DNA of 64,000 nucleotides from Dehalococcoidia bacterium (GTDB lineage Bacteria; Chloroflexota; Dehalococcoidia; Lucifugimonadales; JAGWBF01), in NCBI GenBank assembly GCA_965207305.1, contig CBDBMB010000002.1:303344-367343 (forward strand), read 5' to 3'. Each line of letters opens with the position of its first letter. Position 1 is the stretch's first letter. Under the pieces are notes generated by a model that worked only from the letters and a program-made list of their open reading frames with translations, did not search any database and was not told where the DNA came from. The position numbers and the translations under genes are program-made. Positions 27,735 to 39,538 of this stretch are shown here, piece by piece.

Positions 27735-28655
27735 TCAGGACGTCGGCGCTGGGGCCGGGTTGCCGATGCCCCGGGTGAGGTAGTCCCGGGCCAGGGGCGC
27801 CAGGACGTCCAGGGACCACCGGCCGTCATTGTATATGCAGCGTTCCGGCCTGGGCTGGGACATCAGGGCCACGTCGCCCCCATAGACCAAAAAGGTCTGG
27901 CCGTTGACGTTGGAGGCGTAGTCGCTGGCCAGGTACACCACGAAAGGCGCCACGTCGTCTGGGTCGGCGGTGCCCAGGTCCTCTTCGCCGGCGATGCCGG
28001 CCACGCCGCCCTGGGCCCTGATGGCGCTGGCCGAGGCCGGGATGTTGCCGATCATGCGCGTCTGCGCCCTGGGCGCGATGGAGTTGGCGGTCACGCCGTA
28101 GCGTCCCATGTCCCGGGCCACGACCTTGGTGAACCCGGCTATGCCCGACTTGGCGGCGCCGTAGTTGGCCTGGCCCGAGTTGCCTACCAACCCCGATTCG
28201 GAGGTGAAGGTGATGACGCGTCCCGACCGCTGCTGGCGGAACAGGATGCAGGCGTGCTTGACCACCGTGAAGGTGCCCTTCAGGTGCACGGCGATGACGT
28301 CGTCCCACTCCTGCTCGGTCATGTTGAACACCATGCGGTCCCGCAGTATGCCGTGGCAGGTCACGACGACGTCCAGCTTGCCATAGGCGTCGATGGCGGC
28401 CTGGACCGCCGCCTCGCCCCCCTCCATGGTCGCCACCGACTCGTGGCAGGCGACGGCGGAGCCGCCGGCCTCGGTTATCTCCCGGACCACCTGGTCCGCC
28501 GGGGTGGCGTCGGTCCCCGTACCGTCCACGTTCACGCCCGGGTCGACTACCACGACCCTGGCCCCCTGGGCGGCCATGAGCATCGCCACTCCCCGGCCGA
28601 TGCCCCGTCCGGCGCCGGTCACCACGGCCACCTTGTCTTTCACCACGTCGGGCAT
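27735..28655 (-). CDS. SDR oxidoreductase (MFE-2 / 3-hydroxyacyl-CoA dehydrogenase-like), copy B
   Basis: The ATG at 28655 follows GAGGAG. Motifs: TGAGRGIGRG and NYGAAKSG. Confidence 0.85.
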   Translation of the reverse strand: MPDVVKDKVAVVTGAGRGIGRGVAMLMAAQGARVVVVDPGVNVDGTGTDATPADQVVREITEAGGSAVACHESVATMEGGEAAVQAAIDAYGKLDVVVTCHGILRDRMVFNMTEQEWDDVIAVHLKGTFTVVKHACILFRQQRSGRVITFTSESGLVGNSGQANYGAAKSGIAGFTKVVARDMGRYGVTANSIAPRAQTRMIGNIPASASAIRAQGGVAGIAGEEDLGTADPDDVAPFVVYLASDYASNVNGQTFLVYGGDVALMSQPRPERCIYNDGRWSLDVLAPLARDYLTRGIGNPAPAPTS

Positions 28656-28722
28656 GTCACGCTCCTCGTTGCCGGGGCCCGCCAGCCGGGGCCCCTCCAC
28701 GGGCCCAGACCAGGGGGCTCCC

Positions 28723-29151
28723 CTACGGACCTTGGCGGGGCAGCCGCACGGTGGCGGTCCCCCTGGTGGTGTTCTCCCCCTTGCCGTTCTCCAGCCAGAC
28801 GTCGCAGTCCACCAGGTGCTCGCCGTCCTGGACGTACTTCCGCGTCACGGTGCCTTTGCACACCAAAGTGTCCCCGGGCACGTCCATGCCCCGGTACTGG
28901 CACGACAGCCTCTTGAGGGCGCCGTCCTCGCCCGCCCAGCCGGTCACCAGCTGGGCCAGGAAAGCGTTCTTCAGGGCCCCGTGGATGATCTGGCCCGGAA
29001 GCTCGTTGGCCTGCGCGTAGTCCTTGTCGTAGTGGATCTCGTAGAAGTCCCCCGACGCCCCCGCGTACTGCACCAGTTGCCGCGTCGTGGGGCGCTTGAC
29101 CAGGGGCGGTATCTCCGCCCCCTCCTCCACGTCATTCCAGAATACACTCAT
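28723..29151 (-). CDS. MaoC-like (R)-hydratase hot-dog protein
   Basis: 142 aa from the ATG at 29151. YAGASGDFYEIHYD is a hydratase-2-type motif. The track ORF 28723..29373 has a spurious extension. Confidence 0.8.
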   Translation of the reverse strand: MSVFWNDVEEGAEIPPLVKRPTTRQLVQYAGASGDFYEIHYDKDYAQANELPGQIIHGALKNAFLAQLVTGWAGEDGALKRLSCQYRGMDVPGDTLVCKGTVTRKYVQDGEHLVDCDVWLENGKGENTTRGTATVRLPRQGP

Positions 29152-29192
29152 TGCTTTCCCCGACTTGGGCGCTCCCCCGAGTGGTCGAACGG

Positions 29193-29648
29193 CTAGTAGT
29201 AGATCAGCGTGTTCCGCTGGGTGGCAACCAGCTCGCCAAGCTGGTTGGTGTAGGTGAACTCCAGGACTGTGAACAGCATCGTCCCCAGCCTGCCGGACCT
29301 CTCCCATAGGTCGGCGATGCGAACCACGCCGGTGACGCGGTCCCCCACCCGCACGGGCTCGAAGTACTCCCAATCGCTTCCCCCGTCCAGCAGCCTCTCG
29401 AAGGGCGAGTCGGGGAGGGTGGGACGCTCCAGCCGGAGGGAGCGCAAAAAGGTGGGTGGCGCCACCAGGCTACCCAGCCGGGTCTTCCGGGCGGCCGCCT
29501 CGTCGTTGTACAGGGGGCTGGGGTCCCCCACCGCCTCGGCGAACCGGGCCACAGCGCCCTTCTCCACATCGAGGGTCGCCGGCCCCGATTGGAGGCCCAG
29601 CGCCCGCTGGCGCACCTCATCCGTAAGGAATTTGTTCTCCGAGGACAT
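29193..29648 (-). CDS. MaoC N-terminal-type (FAS1-like) hot-dog protein
   Basis: 151 aa from the ATG at 29648 (MSSENKFLTDEV...DPSPLYNDE...). It is the last segment of track ORF 29193..30806. Confidence 0.75.
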   Translation of the reverse strand: MSSENKFLTDEVRQRALGLQSGPATLDVEKGAVARFAEAVGDPSPLYNDEAAARKTRLGSLVAPPTFLRSLRLERPTLPDSPFERLLDGGSDWEYFEPVRVGDRVTGVVRIADLWERSGRLGTMLFTVLEFTYTNQLGELVATQRNTLIYY

Positions 29649-29725
29649 TGGACTCTGGGAGACCCCCCGGCTTCGTGTCGCCTGGAGTGTACAAGGGGGC
29701 CCCAGGGGTGTCAAGGCAGCGCCGG

Positions 29726-31912
<2,187 letters not shown>

Positions 31913-32115
31913 CTGGTATGGGAGCGGGGCGCCTGCGGGGTGCACGTATACTCTACTTGCCATCCGTCGGCGGGACAAGGGCCCCGTGCCGCTCCAGGCC
32001 GAGTGTGGACAGACCCATTCGGGTTGACTATCATGGTTCCCAGAGAGGCTCCCGGCGGGGCCTCCGAAGGCGGCCTGTAACACCGACGGCAAACGGGGCC
32101 GCGGAGGTGACGAGG

Positions 32116-34068
32116 GTGGTAGAGCAGACCGGCAACATCGACGCACTGCTCCAGGAGGAGCGCAGGTTCCCGCCTCCCGAAGAGTTCGCCCGGAAGGCGA
32201 ATATCCGGGACCCTGGGGTCTACGACGAGGCCGACAGGGACTTCGAGGGGTTCTGGGCCCGCTTCGCCGAGGAGCTGCACTGGTTCAAGAAGTGGGACAA
32301 GGTGCTGGAGTGGGACCCGCCCTTCGTCAAGTGGTTCGTGGGCGGCAAGACCAACGTCGCCTACAACTGCCTGGACAGGCACCTGGGCGCCCGGCGGAAC
32401 AAGGCCGCCCTGGTGTGGGAAGGGGAGCCCGGCGACTGGAAGGTGTACACCTACTGGGACCTCCACCGGGAGGTGTGCAAGGCCGCCAACGCCCTGAAGA
32501 GCCTCGGGGTCCGCAAGGGCGACCGGGTCACCATCTACCTGCCCATGGTCCCCGAGCTGGCCATCGCCGTGCTGGCATGCGCCCGCATCGGCGCTCCCCA
32601 CAGCGTCGTCTTCGGGGGCTTCAGCATCGAGGCCCTGCGGGACCGCATCAACGACTCCCAGGCCAAGGTGCTCATCACCGCCGACGGGGGCTACCGCCGG
32701 GGCAACGTCCTGGCCCTGAAAGGGAACGCCGACGCCTCCCTGGAGGGCGCCCCCACGGTGGAGAAGGTGCTGGTGGTGCGGCGCACCGGCACCGCGGACG
32801 ACCAGATGGTCGCCGGCAGGGACGTGTGGTGGCACGACCTCGTCGACGCCCAGTCCGCCAGGTGCGATGCCGAGCCCATGGACGCCGAGGACATCCTCTA
32901 CCTGCTGTACACCAGCGGCACCACCGGCAAGCCCAAGGGCATCGTCCACACCACCGCGGGCTACATGGTGGGGACCTACGCCACGGCCAAGTGGGTGTTC
33001 GACCTCAAGGAGGACGACGTCTACTGGTGCACCGCCGACATCGGCTGGGTCACGGGCCACAGCTACATCGTGTACGGCCCCCTGGCCAACGGCGCCACGA
33101 CGGTCATGTACGAGGGCTCCCCCGACTACCCCGACCGGGACCGTTTCTGGGCCATTGTCGAGAAGTACGGCGCCACCATCTGCTACACAGCCCCCACGGC
33201 CATCCGGACCTTCATGCGCTGGGGCGAGGAGTTCCCCAGGAGGCGCGACCTCTCATCTCTGCGGCTGCTGGGCAGCGTCGGAGAGCCCATCAATCCCGAG
33301 GCGTGGATGTGGTACTGGCAGAACATCGGCGGCGGCCGGTGCCCGGTGGTGGACACGTGGTGGCAGACGGAGACGGGCCAGATACTGATAGCACCGCTGC
33401 CCGGCATCACCACCCTCAAGCCCGGCTCGGCCACCAGGCCCTTCCCCGGCATCCAGGCCGAGGTCGTGGACGAGGCCGGCGCCCCCGTGGGCGCCGGACA
33501 GGGCGGCTACCTTGTTCTGAGGAGGCCGTGGCCGGGAATGCTCCGGACCATATACGGCGACCCCGACCGGTACGTGGAGCAGTACTGGTCCCGCTATCCC
33601 GACACCTACTTCACCGCCGACGGCTGCAAGAGGGACGAGGACGGCTACTTCTGGCTTCTGGGCCGCGTCGACGATGTCATCAACGTGTCCGCCCACCGCA
33701 TCTCCACCATGGAGGTGGAGAGCGCCCTGGTGGACCACGAGGCCGTGGCCGAGGCGGCCTCCATCGGCAGGAGCCACGAGGTGAAGGGCCAGGCCGTCGT
33801 GGCCTTCGTCACCCTCAAGGAGAGCGTACCGGCATCCGACGCCCTGGTCGCCGAGCTGAAGCAGCACGTGGCCGCCAAGATAGGCCCCATCGCCAGGCCC
33901 GACGACATATTCTTCACGGCGGAGCTGCCCAAGACCCGCAGCCAGAAGATCATGCGCCGCCTCCTGCGGGACGTGGCCGAGGGCCGGGCCCTGGGCGACA
34001 CCACGACCCTGGCCGACCCGGCGGTGGTGGAGTCGCTGAAGGCCCAGTACGCCGACGACGACGAGTAG
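32116..34068 (+). CDS. acs: acetyl-CoA synthetase
   Basis: GTG at 32116 lies 8 nt after GGAGG. The AMP-binding motif [11 protein letters not shown] and the C-terminal [11 protein letters not shown] are present; 650 aa. Confidence 0.9.
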   Translation: MVEQTGNIDALLQEERRFPPPEEFARKANIRDPGVYDEADRDFEGFWARFAEELHWFKKWDKVLEWDPPFVKWFVGGKTNVAYNCLDRHLGARRNKAALVWEGEPGDWKVYTYWDLHREVCKAANALKSLGVRKGDRVTIYLPMVPELAIAVLACARIGAPHSVVFGGFSIEALRDRINDSQAKVLITADGGYRRGNVLALKGNADASLEGAPTVEKVLVVRRTGTADDQMVAGRDVWWHDLVDAQSARCDAEPMDAEDILYLLYTSGTTGKPKGIVHTTAGYMVGTYATAKWVFDLKEDDVYWCTADIGWVTGHSYIVYGPLANGATTVMYEGSPDYPDRDRFWAIVEKYGATICYTAPTAIRTFMRWGEEFPRRRDLSSLRLLGSVGEPINPEAWMWYWQNIGGGRCPVVDTWWQTETGQILIAPLPGITTLKPGSATRPFPGIQAEVVDEAGAPVGAGQGGYLVLRRPWPGMLRTIYGDPDRYVEQYWSRYPDTYFTADGCKRDEDGYFWLLGRVDDVINVSAHRISTMEVESALVDHEAVAEAASIGRSHEVKGQAVVAFVTLKESVPASDALVAELKQHVAAKIGPIARPDDIFFTAELPKTRSQKIMRRLLRDVAEGRALGDTTTLADPAVVESLKAQYADDDE

Positions 34069-34100
34069 CGCCGGCTGCCGTGGCACGGCCCCCCGGCCGG

Positions 34101-34109
34101 TGCTATAAT
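34101..34109 (+). promoter_or_regulatory. extended -10 promoter element TGCTATAAT
   Basis: TGCTATAAT lies 68 nt upstream of the TTG start at 34177. Confidence 0.5.
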
Positions 34110-34136
34110 CAACCCAAACTCAACCTGGTCCCGGGC

Positions 34137-34162
34137 ACGTAGAAGCCGGGCGGACGTAGAAG
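34137..34162 (+). promoter_or_regulatory. direct repeat ACGTAGAAG x2 in the leader
   Basis: ACGTAGAAG at 34137-34145 and 34154-34162, between the -10 and the AAGGAGG RBS. Confidence 0.6.
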
Positions 34163-34176
34163 AAGGAGGGTGACCC

Positions 34177-36474
34177 TTGGACTCTAACTTAGTGCTGTCC
34201 CAGGTGGATTACGACGTAGTCGGCACCAGGCCCGTCCGCCCCGACGGCGTGGACAAGGTGACCGGCCGGGCCCAGTACGGGGCCGACATCAAGCTGATGG
34301 GCCTCCTCCACGGGGTCGTGGTCCGGAGCCCCCATGCCCATGCCCTCATAAAGTCCATCGACACCAGCGCGGCGGAGGCGCACCCCGGCGTCAGGGCCGT
34401 CGTCACCGGCAGGGACCTCCCCCAGGACGGCTCTCCCGAGGTCCAGGTCCCCGGCTGGAAGTACAACAGGTACAAGAGCAACAACATCCTGGCCGGCGAC
34501 AAGGTGCTCTACGAGGGGCACGCCGTCGCCGCCGTGGCGGCCATCGACCCCAACACCGCCGAGGAGGCCGCCGCGCTGATAAAGATGGAGTACGAGGAGA
34601 TGCCCCCGGTCATGACCGTGCGGCAGGCCATGGAGCCCGACGCACCCCTGCTCCACGACGACCTGTTCACCGACGAGCTGGGGGAGAGGGCCGACAAGCC
34701 CAGCAACGTGGCCCAGCACTTCCGCTTCGAGATGGGGGACCTGGAGAAGGGCTTCTCAGAGGCGGACCTGGTGGTGGAGCGGGAGTTCGAGACGGCCTCG
34801 GTGCACCAGGGGTACATCGAGCCCCACTCGGCCACGGCCCTGTGGAACATGGACGGCCGGCTGAACGTCTGGTGCTGCACCCAGGGGCCCTTCTCGGTCA
34901 GGGACGACCTCTCCCAGCTGCTCGCCCTTCCCGTGTCCAACATCAAGGTGACTCCCATGGAGATAGGCGGCGGGTTCGGCGGCAAGATACCCGTCTACCT
35001 GGAGCCCCTGGCCGCCCTGCTATCGAAGAAGAGCGGGGCCCCAGTCAAGCTGACTATGACCCGCGCCGACGTCTTCCAGTCCTCGGGCCCGGCCCCGGGC
35101 TCGTGGATGAAGATCAAGGTTGGCGTCACCAAGGACGGGAAGATCACTGCATGTCAGGCCTCCATCGCCATGGAGGGGGGCGGCTATCCCGGCGCCAGCG
35201 TCGCCCCGGCCGTCAACTGCGCCTTCGCCTGCTACGACTACGCCAACGGGCAGGTGGACGGGTACGACGTGGTCGTCAACAAGGCCAAGACGGCTGCCTA
35301 TCGCGCTCCCGGCGCCCCCCAGGCCGCCTTCGCCGTTGAGACGGTGATGGACGAGATCTGCAGGAAGCTGAATATGGACCCGCTGGAGTTCCGGCTCCTC
35401 AACGCCGCCAAGGAGGGCACCCGCAGGGTTGAGGGCCCCATCTTCGCCCGTGTGGGCAACGTGGAGGTGCTGGAGGCGGCCAAGGGCCACGACCATTACA
35501 ACACTGCCCTGGACAAGGGACCCAAGGACGGCAAGTACCGGGGCCGCGGCGTCGCGTCGGGCTTCTGGTTCAACATCGGGTTCCAGTCCAGTTGCACCAT
35601 AACCGTCAACTCCGACGGCAAGGTGAGCCTCATCGAGGGGTCGGTGGACATCGGAGGGACCAGGGCCTCCATCGCCATGCAGGCGGCAGAGGTGCTGGGC
35701 ATCCCCTACGAGGACGTGAAGCCCACGGTGGTCGACACCGACTCCATCGGCTACACGGCCCTCACCGGGGGGAGCCGCGTCGCCTTCGCCAGCGGCTGGG
35801 CGGCCATCGAGGCCGCCGAGGACGTGAAGCGGCAGATGGTGGAGCGCGCCGCCAAGATATGGGACACGTCGGTGGACGAGGTCGAGTACGTCGACGGCGG
35901 AGTGTCCCACCGCTCGGACCCCGAGCTCCGGATGAGCTTCCGGGAGCTGGCGGGGCAGTTCGTCGAGGCCATGAGCCAGGGCGGGTCCATCATCGGACGG
36001 GCCAGCGTCGACCCCAGGGGCGCGGGCAACGCCTTCGCCACCCACATGGTGGACGTGGAGGTTGACCCCGACACCGGCAAGGTGGACGTGCTCCGCTACA
36101 CGGCGGTCCAGGACGCGGGCAAGGCCATCCACCCCAGCTACGTCGAGGGCCAGATGCAGGGCGGCGCGGTGCAGGGCATCGGCTGGGCGTTGAACGAGGA
36201 GTACTTTTTCAACGACCAGGGCCGCATGATGAACTCCAGCCTGTTGGACTACCGGATGCCCACCAGCCTGGACCTGCCCATGATCGACACCGTCATCGTG
36301 GAGGTGGCCAACCCGGGCCACCGGTTCGGCGCCCGGGGCGTGGGAGAGGTGCCCATCGTGCCCCCCATGGCCGCCGTGGCCAACGCCATCCACGACGCCA
36401 TAGGCGTCCGCATGGATACCCTGCCCATGAGCCCCGGCAAGATCCTCGAGGCCCGTTGGAAGAACGGGGGATAG
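34177..36474 (+). CDS. xanthine dehydrogenase / aldehyde oxidase family molybdopterin-binding large subunit
   Basis: 765 aa; TTG start 8 nt after AAGGAGG. An a/b-hammerhead-like N-terminus is followed by Mo-binding domains (GGGFGGK, GVGEVP). Confidence 0.85.
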   Translation: MDSNLVLSQVDYDVVGTRPVRPDGVDKVTGRAQYGADIKLMGLLHGVVVRSPHAHALIKSIDTSAAEAHPGVRAVVTGRDLPQDGSPEVQVPGWKYNRYKSNNILAGDKVLYEGHAVAAVAAIDPNTAEEAAALIKMEYEEMPPVMTVRQAMEPDAPLLHDDLFTDELGERADKPSNVAQHFRFEMGDLEKGFSEADLVVEREFETASVHQGYIEPHSATALWNMDGRLNVWCCTQGPFSVRDDLSQLLALPVSNIKVTPMEIGGGFGGKIPVYLEPLAALLSKKSGAPVKLTMTRADVFQSSGPAPGSWMKIKVGVTKDGKITACQASIAMEGGGYPGASVAPAVNCAFACYDYANGQVDGYDVVVNKAKTAAYRAPGAPQAAFAVETVMDEICRKLNMDPLEFRLLNAAKEGTRRVEGPIFARVGNVEVLEAAKGHDHYNTALDKGPKDGKYRGRGVASGFWFNIGFQSSCTITVNSDGKVSLIEGSVDIGGTRASIAMQAAEVLGIPYEDVKPTVVDTDSIGYTALTGGSRVAFASGWAAIEAAEDVKRQMVERAAKIWDTSVDEVEYVDGGVSHRSDPELRMSFRELAGQFVEAMSQGGSIIGRASVDPRGAGNAFATHMVDVEVDPDTGKVDVLRYTAVQDAGKAIHPSYVEGQMQGGAVQGIGWALNEEYFFNDQGRMMNSSLLDYRMPTSLDLPMIDTVIVEVANPGHRFGARGVGEVPIVPPMAAVANAIHDAIGVRMDTLPMSPGKILEARWKNGG

Positions 36475-36738
36475 ATGACCGCGGTCTTCATACCCACCAT
36501 GCTGCAGCCCCTGAGCGGGGGCGTGAAGCAGGTCGACATCGAGGCCAGGAACGTCCGGCAGATCATCGATGAGCTTGAGCGGCTCTACCCGGGCATGAAG
36601 GAGCGGCTGGTGGAGGACGGTCGGCTGCGCCCCAACGTGTCCGTGGCCGTGGACGGGGAGGTCGCCCGCATGGGCCTCCTGGAGAAGGTGGCCGAGGCTA
36701 GAGAAATCCATTTCGTCCCCGCCATCGGCGGGGGATAG
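36475..36738 (+). CDS. MoaD/ThiS-family ubiquitin-like protein (C-terminal GG)
   Basis: 87 aa ending ...HFVPAIGGG. The ATG directly abuts the upstream TAG (TAGATG). Confidence 0.75.
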   Translation: MTAVFIPTMLQPLSGGVKQVDIEARNVRQIIDELERLYPGMKERLVEDGRLRPNVSVAVDGEVARMGLLEKVAEAREIHFVPAIGGG

Positions 36739-36861
36739 GCCACTCGCTCGATCCGTGTTCTGCCAGGTGCCCATCCCCCGGTGGGCGGGGGTTCCTTGCC
36801 CGCGCGCAGCGCGGGGTGGGAGGGCGGGCCAAAACCTCGGGGGAGGGGCCGGGTACGACGA

Positions 36862-38115
36862 CTAGGCGCCGGGGCCCTCGTACCGCTTGAACACCAGACA
36901 GGCGTTCTGCCCGCCGAAGCCGAAGGCGTTGGACAGGACGACCCGCACGTCCTTCTTCCGGGCCTCGTTGGGAACGTAGTCCAGGTCGCACTCCGGGTCC
37001 GGGAACTCGTAGTTCACCGTGGGGTGTATCACGCCGTCGGTGATGGACCTGATGCAGGGCACCGCCTCCAGAGCCCCCGCGGCCCCCAGCGAGTGGCCGA
37101 TCATGGACTTGGTGGAGCTCACAGGTATGCCGCCCGCCAGCTCTCCGAAGAGGCGCTTGATGGCCGCGCTCTCCACGGCGTCGTTCAGCGGCGTCGACGT
37201 CCCGTGGGCATTGATGTAGTCGACCTCGTCCAGGCCTACCCCCGCGTCCTCCAGTGCCATGGCCATGGCCGCGACGGTGCTCTCGCCCGACTCCTCGGGT
37301 TGCACCTGGTGGTAGGCGTCGCTGCTGCACCCGAACCCGGCGACCTCGCACAGTATCGCGGCCCCCCGGGCCAGGGCGTGCTCCTCGGCCTCCAGGATCA
37401 TCACCACCGCGCCCTCGGCCGGTACGAACCCGTCCCTCTCGGCGTCGAAGGGCCTGCTGGCCCTCTGAGGCTCGTCGTTTCGCGTGCTCAGGGCCTTCAT
37501 CACCGCGAAGCCGCCCAGCCCGAGCTGGCTGATGCCCGCCTCCGTCCCGCCGGTGAGCATGATGTCGGCTGCGCCCCGGCGGACCACCTCCAGGGCCTCT
37601 CCGATGGCCTGGTTCGAGGCGGCGCAGGCCGTGGTCACCGTGGAGTTGTAGCCCTTGGCGCCCACCGTGCGGCTCACGTTCGCCGCGGCCATGTTGGGCA
37701 GTATCATCGGGAAGAAGTAGGGGGAGATGCGCATCCCGCCCTTCTCCACCAGCACCCGGCAGGTCGCTTCGATGGTGGGGAACCCGCCGTTCCCGTTGCC
37801 CAGCATCACGCCGGCCCGGTGGGCGTTCTCCGCCGATAGCTCCAGGGCGGCGTCCTCCAGGGACATCAGCGCGGCGGCCACCCCGAGCTGGGAGAAGCGC
37901 GCCATCCGCCTGGCCTCTTTGCCGGTCATGAACTGGCCGGGGTCGAAGCCCTTCACCTCGCCGGCGATCCTGCACGTGAAGTCGGTGGGGTCGCACAGGG
38001 TCATGGGCCCTATGCCGGATACCCCCGCCACCAGGTTCTTCCAGAACTCTTCCGCCGTCAGCCCCAGGGGCGTGACCGCTCCCAGTCCCGTGACGACCGC
38101 CCTGCGTCTATCCAC
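36862..38115 (-). CDS. fabF: beta-ketoacyl-ACP synthase II
   Basis: 417 aa; active-site TACAASNQAIG, HGTSTPLND and GHSLGAAG. The GTG start lies 3 nt after the folC stop. Confidence 0.9.
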   Translation of the reverse strand: MDRRRAVVTGLGAVTPLGLTAEEFWKNLVAGVSGIGPMTLCDPTDFTCRIAGEVKGFDPGQFMTGKEARRMARFSQLGVAAALMSLEDAALELSAENAHRAGVMLGNGNGGFPTIEATCRVLVEKGGMRISPYFFPMILPNMAAANVSRTVGAKGYNSTVTTACAASNQAIGEALEVVRRGAADIMLTGGTEAGISQLGLGGFAVMKALSTRNDEPQRASRPFDAERDGFVPAEGAVVMILEAEEHALARGAAILCEVAGFGCSSDAYHQVQPEESGESTVAAMAMALEDAGVGLDEVDYINAHGTSTPLNDAVESAAIKRLFGELAGGIPVSSTKSMIGHSLGAAGALEAVPCIRSITDGVIHPTVNYEFPDPECDLDYVPNEARKKDVRVVLSNAFGFGGQNACLVFKRYEGPGA

Positions 38116-38118
38116 GGC

Positions 38119-39531
38119 TCACCTACGGTCCCTCCCTCCGACGGCGGCGTTGCGCCGTCGGGCCAGGTCAGGATACAGCTCTGGCTCGATTCCCAGGATC
38201 GACTCCCGGGCCTCGGCCGCCACGAAGAGGGAGCCGGTGGCCAGCACCAGAGAGCCCGGCTGGGAGTCCTGTATCGCCCGGGCCACGGCCTTGCCGACCC
38301 CCTCGACAGCGATCACCTCCAGGCCGGCCCTGGCCTGGCGGAACGCCTCGGCCACCTCCTCCGCGGGCCGCGACCTGGGATGCCGGGAGCGGGTGGCGAT
38401 TACCCGGAGAGGCGTTTCGGGACAGGTCCCGCCGATGGCGGCCAGCTCGCGCACTATCGCCGCCATGTTCTTGTCCTCGGAGACTCCAACCACCAGGGAG
38501 ACACGTTGGAAGTCCAGGTACTCCCGCAGCGACCGCCTGAGGCGGGCCGCGGAGTCGTCATTGTGCGCCCCGTCGCACACCACCAGGGGCGAGGAGCTCA
38601 GCACCTCCATGCGGCAGGGCCACGATACTCCCGCGAACCCCCGGGCCAGGGCGTCGGCGGAGACCTGGACCCCCGCCTCCCGCAACGACTCCAGCACCGC
38701 CACCGCCACGGCGGCGTTTTCCTGTTGGTGCCCGCCCAGCAGCGGCATCGTGAACCGGTGCTCTCCCAGGCGGCCTCGGATCGTCAGTTCCTGGCCCCAG
38801 CTCCCGTGGGAGTCCCTGGTCCAGGTCACCTCCTCGCCGGCCTTGATCAGCCGCGCGCCTCGCTCGCGGCATACGGACTCGATCACGGCCATGGCCCCCG
38901 GGGCCTGGGGCGCGGTAACCACGGTGGCCCCGTCCTTGATTATACCCGCCTTCTCCCCCGCGATGGCCTCTATGGTGTTTCCCAGGACCGAGGTGTGGTC
39001 CAGGCTCAGGGAGGTGATGGCGCACACGGTGGGCTCCACCAGGTTGGTCGTGTCCAGCCTGCCCCCCAGGCCCACCTCCACCACCTGCACGTCGGCCCGG
39101 GCCCTGAAGTGGAGGAAGGCCATGGCGGTCACCGCCTCGAACATCGTAACCTCGCCATGCCCCGCGTTCTCGCCCACCCACTCCAGGTGCGGCCACACGC
39201 CCTCCACCAGGCCGGCGAGCTCGGCCTCGGACACGGGGCTGGAGTCCAGCCTGATCCGCTCCCGGAAGGTGTGGAGGTGAGGGGACGTGAACAGGCCCGT
39301 GCGGTATCCCTGGCACGACAGGACGCTGGCGCACATGGCGGAGGTGCTCCCCTTGCCCTTGGTGCCCGCCACGTGGACCGTGGGCCGGCCCAGGTGGGGG
39401 TCGCCAAGCCGGGAGAGCAGCGCCCCGATCCGGGACAGGTCGTACCGGATCCTGGTTCCCTTAGAGAAGGCCACCCGCTCGTAGTCGATCAGGCCCAGAA
39501 GCCGGTCGAGGGCGTCGCTGTACTCGATCAA
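38119..39531 (-). CDS. folC: folylpolyglutamate synthase / dihydrofolate synthase
   Basis: HVAGTKGKGS P-loop and Mur-ligase layout; TTG start as in the track. Confidence 0.85.
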   Translation of the reverse strand: MIEYSDALDRLLGLIDYERVAFSKGTRIRYDLSRIGALLSRLGDPHLGRPTVHVAGTKGKGSTSAMCASVLSCQGYRTGLFTSPHLHTFRERIRLDSSPVSEAELAGLVEGVWPHLEWVGENAGHGEVTMFEAVTAMAFLHFRARADVQVVEVGLGGRLDTTNLVEPTVCAITSLSLDHTSVLGNTIEAIAGEKAGIIKDGATVVTAPQAPGAMAVIESVCRERGARLIKAGEEVTWTRDSHGSWGQELTIRGRLGEHRFTMPLLGGHQQENAAVAVAVLESLREAGVQVSADALARGFAGVSWPCRMEVLSSSPLVVCDGAHNDDSAARLRRSLREYLDFQRVSLVVGVSEDKNMAAIVRELAAIGGTCPETPLRVIATRSRHPRSRPAEEVAEAFRQARAGLEVIAVEGVGKAVARAIQDSQPGSLVLATGSLFVAAEARESILGIEPELYPDLARRRNAAVGGRDRR

Positions 39532-39538
39532 CCCATTC

